In this document: positions 14,879 to 23,779 of the stretch, in pieces
How the letters are laid out: every line of letters begins with the position of its first letter
Position numbering within the stretch: position 1 is the stretch's first letter
Virus record (IMG/VR): IMGVR_UViG_2751185775_000001
Location: 73,005-103,989 of that record
DNA: 30,985 bases
Direction: 5' to 3' (one strand)
Source: a virus
Lineage: Duplodnaviria; Heunggongvirae; Uroviricota; Caudoviricetes
Position numbers and translations under genes: made by a program
The notes under the pieces: generated by a model
Database searches by the model: none
Told to the model about the DNA's origin: nothing
The model's input: only the letters and a program-made list of their open reading frames with translations

Positions 14879-16137
14879 TGGCAAAGGCAAACAAAGGCTT
14901 GCAGCTTGTCCAGTTACACGGCGGTCAGATGGAAGTATTCAAATCCCCGCACCGGTTCAAAGTGGTTTGCGCCGGCCGTCGATGGGGTAAGTCGCGGCTG
15001 TCGATTTCAAAGCTGATGAAAGCGGCTATCAAAGCGCCAAAGCAGCGAGTCTGGTATATCGCACCGACTTATCAAATGGCGCGACAAATCCTGTGGGACG
15101 ATTTGCAGGAAATGATTCCGATAAAGTGGATCAGAAAAAAGAACGACACGACAATGACCATTGTCCTGAAAAACGGCAGTGAGATTGCGCTGAAAGGGGC
15201 TGATAAACCCGACACCCTGCGAGGCGTTGCGCTCCATTTTGTCGTTCTGGACGAGTTTCAGGATATGAAGCCTGATACATGGTACAAGGTAATCCGTCCG
15301 ACCCTTTCATCAACGAAAGGTGAGGCGCTGATTATCGGTACGCCCAAAGGCTATTCTGCGTTTCATAAACTCTGGACTATTGGTCAGAGGCTGTCGATGC
15401 AGAAGAAAGGCCACTGGAAAAGCTGGCAGTTTGTTACCGCCGATTCTCCGTTTGTGCCTGAATCTGAAATCGAGGCAGCGCGTGAGGATATGGACCCTAA
15501 ATCGTTCGCGCAGGAATATCTTGCCTCGTTCGAGAACATGTCAGGTCGCGTTTACTATCCGTTTGAGCGAAAAACACATGTCAGACAGTGCGAGTTCAAC
15601 CCGAAACTGCCTATCTGGATTGGTCAGGACTTTAACATCGATCCTATGTCCTCAGTCGTACTGCAACCACAGCCTAACGGAGAATTATGGGCGGTGGACG
15701 AAATCGTACAGTTTTCCTCGAACACGGCGGAAGTCTGTGACGAGATTGAACGCCGGTACTGGCGCTGGAAAAGTCAGGTTGTGGTATTCCCCGATCCGGC
15801 AGGTAGTTACCGTCAACACGCGCGTGGCGAATCGGATATCGATATCTTCAAGGAAAAAGGATTTACCCGGATAGACTTTCCGAAAAAGCACCCGCCGGTT
15901 GCTGACCGTGTGAACGCAACAAATCGGATGTTGATGAGTGCAGCGGGCACAGTTAGACTGTTTATCGACCCTAAATGTAAGCACCTGATCGAGTCATTTG
16001 AGAAAGTGATTTACAAGCCGGGTTCGCGTGATATGGATAAGTCGGCAAGTGTGGAACACAGTACGGATGCGATAGGCTATCCTATTCACAGACGATTCCC
16101 GGTAAAAGAGCGCACAATTCTCGGTGGTTCTCGCTGA
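14878..16137 (+). CDS. terL: Terminase large subunit
   Basis: AGRRWGKS Walker A, VVLDEF Walker B, IIGTP coupling motif, nuclease GQDFN and STDAIGY. Confidence 0.95.
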   Translation: MAKANKGLQLVQLHGGQMEVFKSPHRFKVVCAGRRWGKSRLSISKLMKAAIKAPKQRVWYIAPTYQMARQILWDDLQEMIPIKWIRKKNDTTMTIVLKNGSEIALKGADKPDTLRGVALHFVVLDEFQDMKPDTWYKVIRPTLSSTKGEALIIGTPKGYSAFHKLWTIGQRLSMQKKGHWKSWQFVTADSPFVPESEIEAAREDMDPKSFAQEYLASFENMSGRVYYPFERKTHVRQCEFNPKLPIWIGQDFNIDPMSSVVLQPQPNGELWAVDEIVQFSSNTAEVCDEIERRYWRWKSQVVVFPDPAGSYRQHARGESDIDIFKEKGFTRIDFPKKHPPVADRVNATNRMLMSAAGTVRLFIDPKCKHLIESFEKVIYKPGSRDMDKSASVEHSTDAIGYPIHRRFPVKERTILGGSR

Positions 16138-16143
16138 TAATAA

Positions 16144-16161
16144 TAGGTATTTAAATACCTA
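16144..16161. promoter_or_regulatory. Perfect 18-bp palindrome upstream of portal
   Basis: TAGGTATTTAAATACCTA. Confidence 0.7.
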
Positions 16162-16182
16162 CATAAGGATTGATATATTAAT

Positions 16183-17733
16183 ATGGATATTGATAGCAAG
16201 AAATTACAGGAGCTGGTGAATCGCCGGCATCCTGAATACGAAAACCGCCTGAGTCACTGGAATTTCCTTTCAGCGACATACGCAGGTGGTCGTAAATGGT
16301 TCGGGGATAATATTTTCCGCTACTTCAAAGAGGGCGATAAAGAGTTTAAAGAGCGTCTGGAGCGGGCATACCGCTTCAACCACACGCGGGAAGTCGTTAA
16401 CCTGATCAACAAATACATCTTCCGTGAAAATATTTCGCGTGAGCGTGATGATGCCACGGATGCGGTAACAAAGTTTTGGGACAGCGCAACCCGTGAAAAG
16501 ATGACCATCGACGAGCTTATGTCTGCTATCGATATTCAGACCTCTGTATTCGGGCGGATCTGGATTGTTGTTGATTCAACCATGAAAGACAGCGATATCA
16601 CTTCTGTTGCAGACGAGAAGAAAGCGGATGCCCGTGCCTACGCCTACTGGTTGCCGCCGCCGCAGATGCTGGATTTTGCGTATGACGACGACGGTAATCT
16701 TTTGTGGGCGCTGACGCATGAGCTGGCGCGTGATGATGCTGATCCGTTTACTTCATCCGGCAAGCAGCAGAATCGCTATCGCCTGTGGACGCAGAACGAA
16801 TGGTATCTGTTTAAAGAAGTTAAGAAAAAAGCATCTGACAGAAAAGGTCAGATCGAAGTGGAAGCCTGCGGTGAGCATAACCTCGGTGTTGTGCCGGTGT
16901 TTCCGGTGGATTGTATGGGAAATGCAGAATCGCGGTATTTCAGCCCGTCCTTGATCGACGATATTGCCTACCTTGACCGTGCTGTTGCCAACTATCTGTC
17001 GAACCTTGATGCGATTATTCAGGATCAGACATTCAGTCAATTAGCAATCCCAGTTCAGTCCATGATGCCAGGCGATGAAAGTCACCAAAAGGTGCTTGAG
17101 TTCGGAACGAAGCGAGTATTCACCTATGACGCTGAGGGCGGATCACAGCCGTTTTACATGTCTCCTGACCCGAAACAGGCATCTATGATCATCCAGACGG
17201 TACAAACGGTCATTAATGAGATTTACCACTCAGTAGGTGTTGCAGGTGAGCGGACTAAACAGGACAACGCCAAAGGGATCGATAACAGTTCCGGCGCAGC
17301 CAAAGCCTACGACTTCCAGCGTGTGAACAGTCTGCTGGTGACAAAAGCGGAGCGACTGCAACGCGCAGAGCGTCAGATGCTGTTTCTGGCGGCTAAGTGG
17401 ATGGGGCAGGAAAAATCACAGGAAGAAATCGACCAGATCGTTTCTTACCCTGAGAGTTTCGACGTTCGCGGCCTGATGGATGAATTTGACGTCTCACGTC
17501 AACTTAAAGAGATTGATGCGCCTGACTCTGTACGCCGTCACCAGATGGAAATTCTGATTGAGAAGATTTTCCCGAATGTGTCAAAAGCCATGAAAAAGGC
17601 ATTTGAGACTGATTTGAAGGCATATCCGCCGAAAAATGTTGAAAATAATCTTGATAATAGGTATGTAAATACCTATGATGCAGATATACAGGGTCGAGAG
17701 ACTGACCCGAAATCGACTCAAGAGACAGAGTGA
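16183..17733 (+). CDS. Portal protein
   Basis: 516 aa, directly after terL. HP.Y...L..W N-terminus and G.VPV / L.DIA.L motifs typical of siphophage portals. Confidence 0.85.
   Translation: MDIDSKKLQELVNRRHPEYENRLSHWNFLSATYAGGRKWFGDNIFRYFKEGDKEFKERLERAYRFNHTREVVNLINKYIFRENISRERDDATDAVTKFWDSATREKMTIDELMSAIDIQTSVFGRIWIVVDSTMKDSDITSVADEKKADARAYAYWLPPPQMLDFAYDDDGNLLWALTHELARDDADPFTSSGKQQNRYRLWTQNEWYLFKEVKKKASDRKGQIEVEACGEHNLGVVPVFPVDCMGNAESRYFSPSLIDDIAYLDRAVANYLSNLDAIIQDQTFSQLAIPVQSMMPGDESHQKVLEFGTKRVFTYDAEGGSQPFYMSPDPKQASMIIQTVQTVINEIYHSVGVAGERTKQDNAKGIDNSSGAAKAYDFQRVNSLLVTKAERLQRAERQMLFLAAKWMGQEKSQEEIDQIVSYPESFDVRGLMDEFDVSRQLKEIDAPDSVRRHQMEILIEKIFPNVSKAMKKAFETDLKAYPPKNVENNLDNRYVNTYDADIQGRETDPKSTQETE
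17658..17675. promoter_or_regulatory. 18-bp palindrome copy inside the portal 3' end, upstream of scaffold
   Basis: TAGGTATGTAAATACCTA. Confidence 0.7.
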
Positions 17734-17756
17734 TTTTTTTAAAAAGGAATTAAACG

Positions 17757-18605
17757 ATGGATTTTTGGTTAAAGATGCTGGCTAAACGCGGCGTTCTGAT
17801 GGACAAGGCAGACGATGGTTCACAGGGCGGTGCAGGTGGTGCAGGTGGTTCTGATGGGAAAGATTCTGGCGATGAATACGCCAATCTGACTCAGGAAGAA
17901 CTGGTTGCCCGTCTGAAAGCGCAGGACGAGGAAAAAGCGAGTCTGGTTAAAGAAACCATGAAACGCAAAGGCGAAAACAAATCGCTTTCCGACAAACTGG
18001 CCGCTTTCGGTGACGCCACCCCGGAACAGATTGCCGAGCTTCTGACCGCTAAGAAAACTGCGGAAGAAGAAGAACAGCGCCGTCAGCAGCAGGAACAAGA
18101 GAAACGTGGTGAATTTGAAGCCGTTAAAAAACAAATGGTCGATGCTCACAAAGCGGAAATGCAGGGTAAGGACGAACTGATTGCCGTACTTACCGGCGAA
18201 AAAACGGCTTTAGGTTCTCAGATTCTGGAATTAACCGTAGGTTCAGCGTTCACCGGCTCAAATTTCTTACGTGAAGAAACGCTGGTCACGCCAAGCAAAG
18301 CGCGTGTGATTTACGGCAGTCACTTTGAAATCAATGAGCAGGGGCAGGTTGTCGGTTACGACAAACAGGCTGGTGCAGCAGAGCGTACAGTCCTTGTGGA
18401 CGGCGCAGGTAATCCGCTGGCGTTTGAAGCGGCTATCGAAAAGATCCTGAAAGCCGATCCGGAAGCAGATGCACTTCTGCGCAGCAAAGCAAAGCCCGGC
18501 GCGGGTTCAAAGACAGAGCCTAACGGCAGTAAACAGCCTGAAAGTAAAAACCTGAGTTCGCTGGATAAAATCGCAGCGGGTATGGGTAAGTTACGCGCCA
18601 AGTAG
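17757..18605 (+). CDS. Capsid scaffolding protein
   Basis: Gly-rich N-terminus, long coiled coil, K...GAGS low-complexity C-terminus. Located between portal and capsid genes. Confidence 0.75.
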   Translation: MDFWLKMLAKRGVLMDKADDGSQGGAGGAGGSDGKDSGDEYANLTQEELVARLKAQDEEKASLVKETMKRKGENKSLSDKLAAFGDATPEQIAELLTAKKTAEEEEQRRQQQEQEKRGEFEAVKKQMVDAHKAEMQGKDELIAVLTGEKTALGSQILELTVGSAFTGSNFLREETLVTPSKARVIYGSHFEINEQGQVVGYDKQAGAAERTVLVDGAGNPLAFEAAIEKILKADPEADALLRSKAKPGAGSKTEPNGSKQPESKNLSSLDKIAAGMGKLRAK

Positions 18606-18612
18606 TCTGAGA

Positions 18613-18631
18613 CGGGGGCGGGATGCCCCCG
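18613..18631 (+). other. GC-rich hairpin without U-tract before the capsid RBS (possible mRNA stabiliser)
   Basis: CGGGGGC-GGGAT-GCCCCCG. Confidence 0.45.
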
Positions 18632-18663
18632 GTAATTCGTGAGCATGTTAAAGGGAATTAATA

Positions 18664-19548
18664 ATGCCATTACTGCGAGAAGAAGCTGAAAAGCTGTCTA
18701 ATAACACCCTTGAACAAGGTGTGATTGAAACCATTATTGACCGCGAAGACCTTTTCGCAGTCCTGCCGTTCATGAAAGTCGATTCAAAGGCGTATTTGTA
18801 CAACCGCGAATCAGAGCTGAGTGAAGCGGAATTTATCGACGTGAATGATGTTGTGCCGGAAGGCGCTGCTAAGTTCACTGAACATGTCGCTAAACTGCGT
18901 ATTTTAGCCGGTGATGTGGATGTGGATAAATTCCTTGCCACCACGATGGCAGACACGAACAGCCAACTGGCTATTCAGATTCGTTCCAAAGTGAAAGGTC
19001 TGGCTCGTGCATTCCGCCGCAACCTGATTCTTGGCGATTCGGCTACCAACACCAAATCGTTTGACGGCATTCCTAAGCTGATCCACAAAGACCAGAAAAT
19101 CATTGCGGATTCTGCTATGACGTTCTCCATGCTGGATGAGTTGGTAGATGCCGTAAAAGACCTGGGCGCAGATGCGATTATGATGCGTTCTGAACACCTC
19201 CGCGCTTACCGTGCGCTGCTGCGTACCGTGAATGTCGGCCCGCAGGAAATCATGATCGAAAACTTCGGTCGCCCGATGCTGACCCACAACGGCATTCCGT
19301 TCCTCGTGAACGACTTCATTCCGGTTGCAGGTGACGGCAATGCGAAGAAATCAGACATTTTCTGTCTGCACATGAGCGAAGAAAACGGCCTGACAGGTCT
19401 GTACGGTGGCGAAAACGCAGGTATCGTCGTTGAAGATATCGGCACCGTACAGAACAAAGACTCAACCCGTACCCGTGTTAAATGGTATTGCTCTCTGGCA
19501 AACAAACACGACAAAGCACTGGCCGCACTGACCGGCGTTGCTCTGTAA
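18664..19548 (+). CDS. Major capsid protein (HK97 fold)
   Basis: 294 aa. LPF..V...AY.YNRE, GDVDVDKF, FDGI.KL, GRPMLTHNGIPF.VNDFIP. Strongly biased codons and a terminator downstream. Confidence 0.9.
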   Translation: MPLLREEAEKLSNNTLEQGVIETIIDREDLFAVLPFMKVDSKAYLYNRESELSEAEFIDVNDVVPEGAAKFTEHVAKLRILAGDVDVDKFLATTMADTNSQLAIQIRSKVKGLARAFRRNLILGDSATNTKSFDGIPKLIHKDQKIIADSAMTFSMLDELVDAVKDLGADAIMMRSEHLRAYRALLRTVNVGPQEIMIENFGRPMLTHNGIPFLVNDFIPVAGDGNAKKSDIFCLHMSEENGLTGLYGGENAGIVVEDIGTVQNKDSTRTRVKWYCSLANKHDKALAALTGVAL

Positions 19549-19564
19549 GGCACGGACTACCGGA

Positions 19565-19595
19565 AAAGGGTGAGGCGAAAGCCCACCCTTTTTTT
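19565..19595 (+). terminator. Intrinsic terminator after capsid gene
   Basis: AAGGGTGAGGC-GAAA-GCCCACCCTT then a T-run. Confidence 0.85.
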
Positions 19596-19615
19596 ATATC
19601 TGAGCGAGGAAAGAT

Positions 19616-19825
19616 ATGACAGACAAGAAAGTAAAAATCACGGAAAGTTCGATGCGCGGCTATACCGGTCATTTGTTTATGACTGAGTTTGAAAACGGTG
19701 AAACCAAAACGCCGGTTGGTAAACGTAAACAGGATCGCATTCTGGCGACTGTCCGTTCGGAAACTGTGGATGGTGTCTCGGTCAAACCAAAGCCGGATCC
19801 AGAACCAAAGCCGGAAAAAGAATAA
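19616..19825 (+). CDS. Small head-associated protein (paralog of the next gene)
   Basis: GAGG RBS. KVKITES..RGYTG..F.NG...Q.RI....ETVDG motif. Confidence 0.7.
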   Translation: MTDKKVKITESSMRGYTGHLFMTEFENGETKTPVGKRKQDRILATVRSETVDGVSVKPKPDPEPKPEKE

Positions 19826-19844
19826 CCTGAATCAGCGGAATAAA

Positions 19845-19865
19845 AGTGCGGTCATAACGACCGCA
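19845..19865 (+). terminator. Hairpin, possible terminator or processing site
   Basis: GTGCGGTC-ATAAC-GACCGCAC with only a weak U tract. Confidence 0.45.
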
Positions 19866-19884
19866 CACTCTTAGGGAAAAGAAA

Positions 19885-20313
19885 ATGAAGCCAGCAAAAG
19901 TAAGACTCCTTGAATCAGCATTCGCCGGTTATACAGGCGTTATGTCCGGTGTGATGTTCAAAGACGGCGTAAGTCTGTCAGAAATTCCGTTCATTGATCA
20001 GCAACGTATCTGTTCTGTCATGAAAGCCGAAACCATCGACGGTAAGAACGTTAGCGGAGCCGCCGCGCTTTCAGAGTCACGCAACGTCTCAGCAAAGGAT
20101 GCTGTTGCAGCAGAGAAAGCCGCTGCGCCTGTCGTTACGATGGAACGTGAGTCAGATAGCGTTGAAGTACGTTACACCCGTGCTGAACTGGAAGCTCTGG
20201 CAGACAAAGGCGGTATCGCTGCCCTGCGTAAAGTCGGCAACGAACACGGTGTACGTGAAAAATCCATCGAAGCCATGATTGAGGGCATTCTGAACGTAGC
20301 GGGCGGTGAATAA
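19885..20313 (+). CDS. Head-associated protein with a C-terminal HeH/LEM-like helical motif
   Basis: N-terminus paralogous to 19616-19825. C-terminus YTRAELEALADKGGIAALRKVGNEHGV...IEAMIEGIL. Confidence 0.7.
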   Translation: MKPAKVRLLESAFAGYTGVMSGVMFKDGVSLSEIPFIDQQRICSVMKAETIDGKNVSGAAALSESRNVSAKDAVAAEKAAAPVVTMERESDSVEVRYTRAELEALADKGGIAALRKVGNEHGVREKSIEAMIEGILNVAGGE

Positions 20314-21152
20314 TGGTGGAAATGGACGTAATTAAATCAGGCGGCGTAAAAGACGTGACAGCCATGTTTGATGCACTGGATGTAAGCAAAGCGTCCTACT
20401 CACTGTTTGATATTACCGGCAATCCGGTTGTTTCAGATCAGCCGCTGGCAATCAGTGATGGGGATCTGAGTGTGTCGTTTGTTGTTGACGGTGAATACAA
20501 CACACTGAAAGACGGCGTTTCAAAGGATATGCGGCGTGTTGTTGTCAAAGCTGTGACAGATAGCGGCCGGGTATCGGAAAGCGAGCAGTATTACGCTGTG
20601 TTGGCCTCGTCTGAACTTTCCGTGCCTGGTGACTCGTTTATTACAGTCATGGAAGCAAAGCTGTCTGCAATGGACATGTACGGGTCAGAGGCGTTTTTGC
20701 TACTGAGTGATCATATTCAGCGACAGGTGCTGATGGAAGCGACTCAGCGTCTGAAACACATGCGTTACAGCCTGAAACGTATTTACAAAATTACAGATGA
20801 TTATAAGGCACGGCCTCAGAACATACTGACCGCGAATACGCTGCCATTTTATCTGACCGCTAACCAGTCTGGTGAGTTTATTGACTTCACGGAACTGACA
20901 GATGAGCAGTATCAAATCCTGCCAGCCTATTTTGTCAGCGACATGGCTAAAGCCTGTCTGACAGAAGCAGTGATGATTGTGTCTACCGGCGGGGCCGCTG
21001 ATGCGCGTGACGAGGGGCTGTTGTCTGAGTCCATCGGTGAGACGACAAATATGTACCGCAGCGGGCGTGCAGCTACTCAGGCTCTGGCGCGGAAAACATG
21101 GCGGATCGTTGCACGTTATACCGATAACACAATCCGGATTGGCCGGGGGTGA
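20313..21152 (+). CDS. Head-tail adaptor-like protein
   Basis: Position after capsid genes. C-terminal ACL.EA...GLLSESIGETT..YR motif typical of adaptors. Confidence 0.65.
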   Translation: MVEMDVIKSGGVKDVTAMFDALDVSKASYSLFDITGNPVVSDQPLAISDGDLSVSFVVDGEYNTLKDGVSKDMRRVVVKAVTDSGRVSESEQYYAVLASSELSVPGDSFITVMEAKLSAMDMYGSEAFLLLSDHIQRQVLMEATQRLKHMRYSLKRIYKITDDYKARPQNILTANTLPFYLTANQSGEFIDFTELTDEQYQILPAYFVSDMAKACLTEAVMIVSTGGAADARDEGLLSESIGETTNMYRSGRAATQALARKTWRIVARYTDNTIRIGRG

Positions 21153-21153
21153 T

Positions 21154-21507
21154 ATGAAAATTAGCTGGCAGTCAGAGGCAACGATATATCGCAAGTCAGA
21201 AAAGACGAATATGTACGGTGAACCGGCGCTGTCATTTGCCGGCAAATCACCGGTGGGTTTTGTGAGATTCATCGAGTCATACGATAAAAGTTCTGTCCGG
21301 GCTGACAGCTCGGCATCGAGAGGAAAGGCGGATATTGACCTGTTTGATGCAGTGATTATTTTCCCGAAAACCGCCAATCTTAAAATCGACGATGTTCTGC
21401 TGATTGAGGGCGTTAAGCTGGAAGTGAAGCGCGTTCATAACCGGTTCGGACTTCGCGGAAAGCCGGGTCATTACGAAGTGGGGGCTGATTTGTGGGTATC
21501 ACAGTAG
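21154..21507 (+). CDS. Head-closure (stopper)-like protein
   Basis: ATG 21154 right after the previous stop. Y.K...NMYGEP, D.LLIEG..LEV..V pattern. Confidence 0.65.
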   Translation: MKISWQSEATIYRKSEKTNMYGEPALSFAGKSPVGFVRFIESYDKSSVRADSSASRGKADIDLFDAVIIFPKTANLKIDDVLLIEGVKLEVKRVHNRFGLRGKPGHYEVGADLWVSQ

Positions 21508-21989
21508 ATATCGGGTCGTTTCGCCGCGCTCAGTCAAAACTGACACACAGCCAGAACGCACTGAAACGTAATCTGCTTAACCAACTGCGGAAAATGGCGG
21601 CAGAAATGCAGCGATACGCCAGGGCAATGAGTCCGCGTGAAACCGGTAGCTTGGAGAAAGCGATTTTCGCCCATGTCGAGAATAGCAAAAACGAGGTACA
21701 CGTTAACCTGTATGTCTCAGAAAACACAATGCGTTCAGGGGCAAACGTAAATGGAAGACCTGTTCCTCGTGTACCGGTCGGACGGTATGCGGACTACATG
21801 CACAACGCTCAGTATCGGCTTGGGGCTATTTCCCGCCTTAAACAGCAGCACAATTACGGTTTGGGTATGAAAGTGAAAGTCGGCAAAGGCTTTATTGAAC
21901 GGGCTGGTAACACCGTTTGGAAACGCTTTCGTGATGATCTGAAAGATGCCGGTATGAGAGCCGGATTTGGACGGGGGCGCTGGAAATGA
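21492..21989 (+). CDS. Neck protein (HK97 gp10-like)
   Basis: A...SPRETGSLEKAI, YA.YMH and GKGFIERA motifs in a basic protein. Confidence 0.7.
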   Translation: MGITVDIGSFRRAQSKLTHSQNALKRNLLNQLRKMAAEMQRYARAMSPRETGSLEKAIFAHVENSKNEVHVNLYVSENTMRSGANVNGRPVPRVPVGRYADYMHNAQYRLGAISRLKQQHNYGLGMKVKVGKGFIERAGNTVWKRFRDDLKDAGMRAGFGRGRWK

Positions 21990-22366
21990 TTTTGGAAGCA
22001 TTCACTCGGTATCTTGAGAAACAAGGGATCGGCAAATCCGGAAAAGACCTGTTTTGTTACTACATGCCGCCAAAGACCCCACGCGGATATCTTGTTATGT
22101 CGCCTACGGACGGCATCAGAGTAGATCCTGAATTAAAAGGCTATTATCAAGATATTTTTCCGTTTATGATTAGAGCGGAAAATATATCAAAGCTGAATCA
22201 AATGAGTACGGCTGTTATGGATGCTATTAACGGGCGTGATATTGATATGGTCGATGTATATTTCAATGTTATACAGGCGATTACATTGCCGACAATCTAC
22301 CCTCAGAATGACGGGGGTTCTTTTGAAGCAGGTGTTGTGATAGAGTTTAGTTGTTATATCAAATAA
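21986..22366 (+). CDS. Tail terminator / minor tail protein
   Basis: 126 aa between neck and tail-tube genes, ATGA overlap. Confidence 0.65.
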   Translation: MILEAFTRYLEKQGIGKSGKDLFCYYMPPKTPRGYLVMSPTDGIRVDPELKGYYQDIFPFMIRAENISKLNQMSTAVMDAINGRDIDMVDVYFNVIQAITLPTIYPQNDGGSFEAGVVIEFSCYIK

Positions 22367-22381
22367 GTAAGGGAATACTTA
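22364..22381. promoter_or_regulatory. 18-bp motif copy overlapping the tail-tube RBS
   Basis: TAAGTAAGGGAATACTTA. Confidence 0.55.
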
Positions 22382-22382
22382 T

Positions 22383-22877
22383 ATGTCTACAGGAAACAAA
22401 GTAGAGAACATCAAGCTCGGTGCTTGTAACGTCTCTTTTAACGGTGTTGATCTCGGTTACACCAAAGGCGGTGTTGAGGTTGAGGTAACAACCGACACGC
22501 TGAAAGTGACCGTTGACCAGTTCGGTGAAACAACTGTTTCTGAGTTGATTCAGGGTCGTAATATCAAAGTGACTGTACCTCTGGCTGAAACCGTGCTGGA
22601 GCGCCTGGCATCCGTTATGCCGGGCAGTGAAGTTGAGGGCGGTGGGGATGAAATCACCATCAAGACCGGTATCGGCATCAACCTCGTTGAAGTCGCTCAG
22701 TCTCTTGTGCTGACTCCGCTTAACAAAGACGACTACATTCTGACCCTGCCACGCACAGCAACAGCGGGTAGCTTCACAATGGCCTATAAGCACGATGATG
22801 TTCGCGTGTTTAACATTGAGTTCAACGCCTATCCGGACGACAGCGGTGTACTGGGTAAAATGGGAAAAAAGGTGTGA
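22383..22877 (+). CDS. Major tail tube protein; a -1 frame extends 47 codons to 23014
   Basis: IKLGACNVSFNGVDLGYTKGGVEVEV...KVTVDQFG...F.AYPD. Ends GGA AAA AAG GTG TGA. Confidence 0.9.
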   Translation: MSTGNKVENIKLGACNVSFNGVDLGYTKGGVEVEVTTDTLKVTVDQFGETTVSELIQGRNIKVTVPLAETVLERLASVMPGSEVEGGGDEITIKTGIGINLVEVAQSLVLTPLNKDDYILTLPRTATAGSFTMAYKHDDVRVFNIEFNAYPDDSGVLGKMGKKV

Positions 22878-23035
22878 CCCCGCCTGTCACCAAGCCGGAA
22901 GATAAAACCGGTGAGGCTGACAAGGACGATAAACTGACAGACGACAAGACGGAAGAAGTCAAAAAGCCGGATGCTGGTGAATCGAAAGAACTCGGGGATA
23001 TCGATCAGGACTGAAACATTTTTCAGTTAAAGTTG

Positions 23036-23053
23036 TAAGTAAGTAAATACCTA
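23036..23053. promoter_or_regulatory. 18-bp motif copy upstream of the tail chaperone gene
   Basis: TAAGTAAGTAAATACCTA. Confidence 0.65.
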
Positions 23054-23062
23054 ATGTAATAT

Positions 23063-23088
23063 AGGGCTTCTTAAATGAAGCCCTTTTT
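23063..23088 (+). terminator. Intrinsic terminator-like hairpin inside the tail operon
   Basis: AGGGCTTC-TTAAAT-GAAGCCCT then TTTT. Confidence 0.75.
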
Positions 23089-23107
23089 ATTACATGGAGA
23101 GTACCAC

Positions 23108-23426
23108 ATGGCGAAGTTACTTGATCTGAACGCAATCGCACCAGCCAAAAAAAGAAGTTCTGTTGGGTGAAAAAACGTTCACCATCCTGCCGCTAACTGT
23201 AGGTCTGTTTACGGTAGCGCAGCAGTACCAAAGTACAGATATCGAGTCGAAAACTCCGGCAGAACAGTTAGAAGCCGGGATTGAAATTATCCGCAAGCTG
23301 ATCCCGTCTATGACAGAAGATGAAATTCAGACTCTGCCTTTGGAAAGCGTACAGGCGATTATCGTTTTTGCTTTCAATGAGGGGGAAGAAGTTAACGCTC
23401 AACATGCAGGTGAAGAAGCAAAGTAA
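23108..23426 (+). CDS. Tail assembly chaperone (gpG-like), split by one extra A at 23147-23153
   Basis: GGAG RBS and ATG 23108. MAKLLDLNAIAPAKKEVLLGEKTFTI reads through when A7 is read as A6. Confidence 0.75.
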
Positions 23427-23776
23427 TATCCCGCAACGACGATGGTGTTGAAGTTGTATCAATCGACTTCGGCTTTTATTTTTGCCGGGTACTTTCTTTT
23501 TATGGCGAAACCACGGAATCGGTTATCGCCATGCCGCTTGAACGGTTCTGGATGTTAAGCAGGAATATTGACCGCATCAGGGCAGAAGAAGATCTGAGGG
23601 GGTTGCAGATTGCACGAGTGGCAGGTGCAACCGCTGAGGGTTACGAGGCATTTGCGAAAAGCCTACAGCAGAGATTGGGACAGCCAGTCGTCACAAAACA
23701 GTCGGCGTTACCATTCAGTGCCGAAGCCGATCCTGATGCCGAATCAAGACTAATGAGAATTTTTGGCAGAGGCTAA
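23414..23776 (+). CDS. gpT-like C-terminal part of the G-T chaperone (entered by -1 frameshift)
   Basis: The -1 frame opens at 23414 and reads ...SIDFGFYFCRVLSFYG...MPLERFWML. It lies between gpG and tape measure. Confidence 0.65.
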   Translation, partial: RSKVISRNDDGVEVVSIDFGFYFCRVLSFYGETTESVIAMPLERFWMLSRNIDRIRAEEDLRGLQIARVAGATAEGYEAFAKSLQQRLGQPVVTKQSALPFSAEADPDAESRLMRIFGRG

Positions 23777-23779
23777 GGA

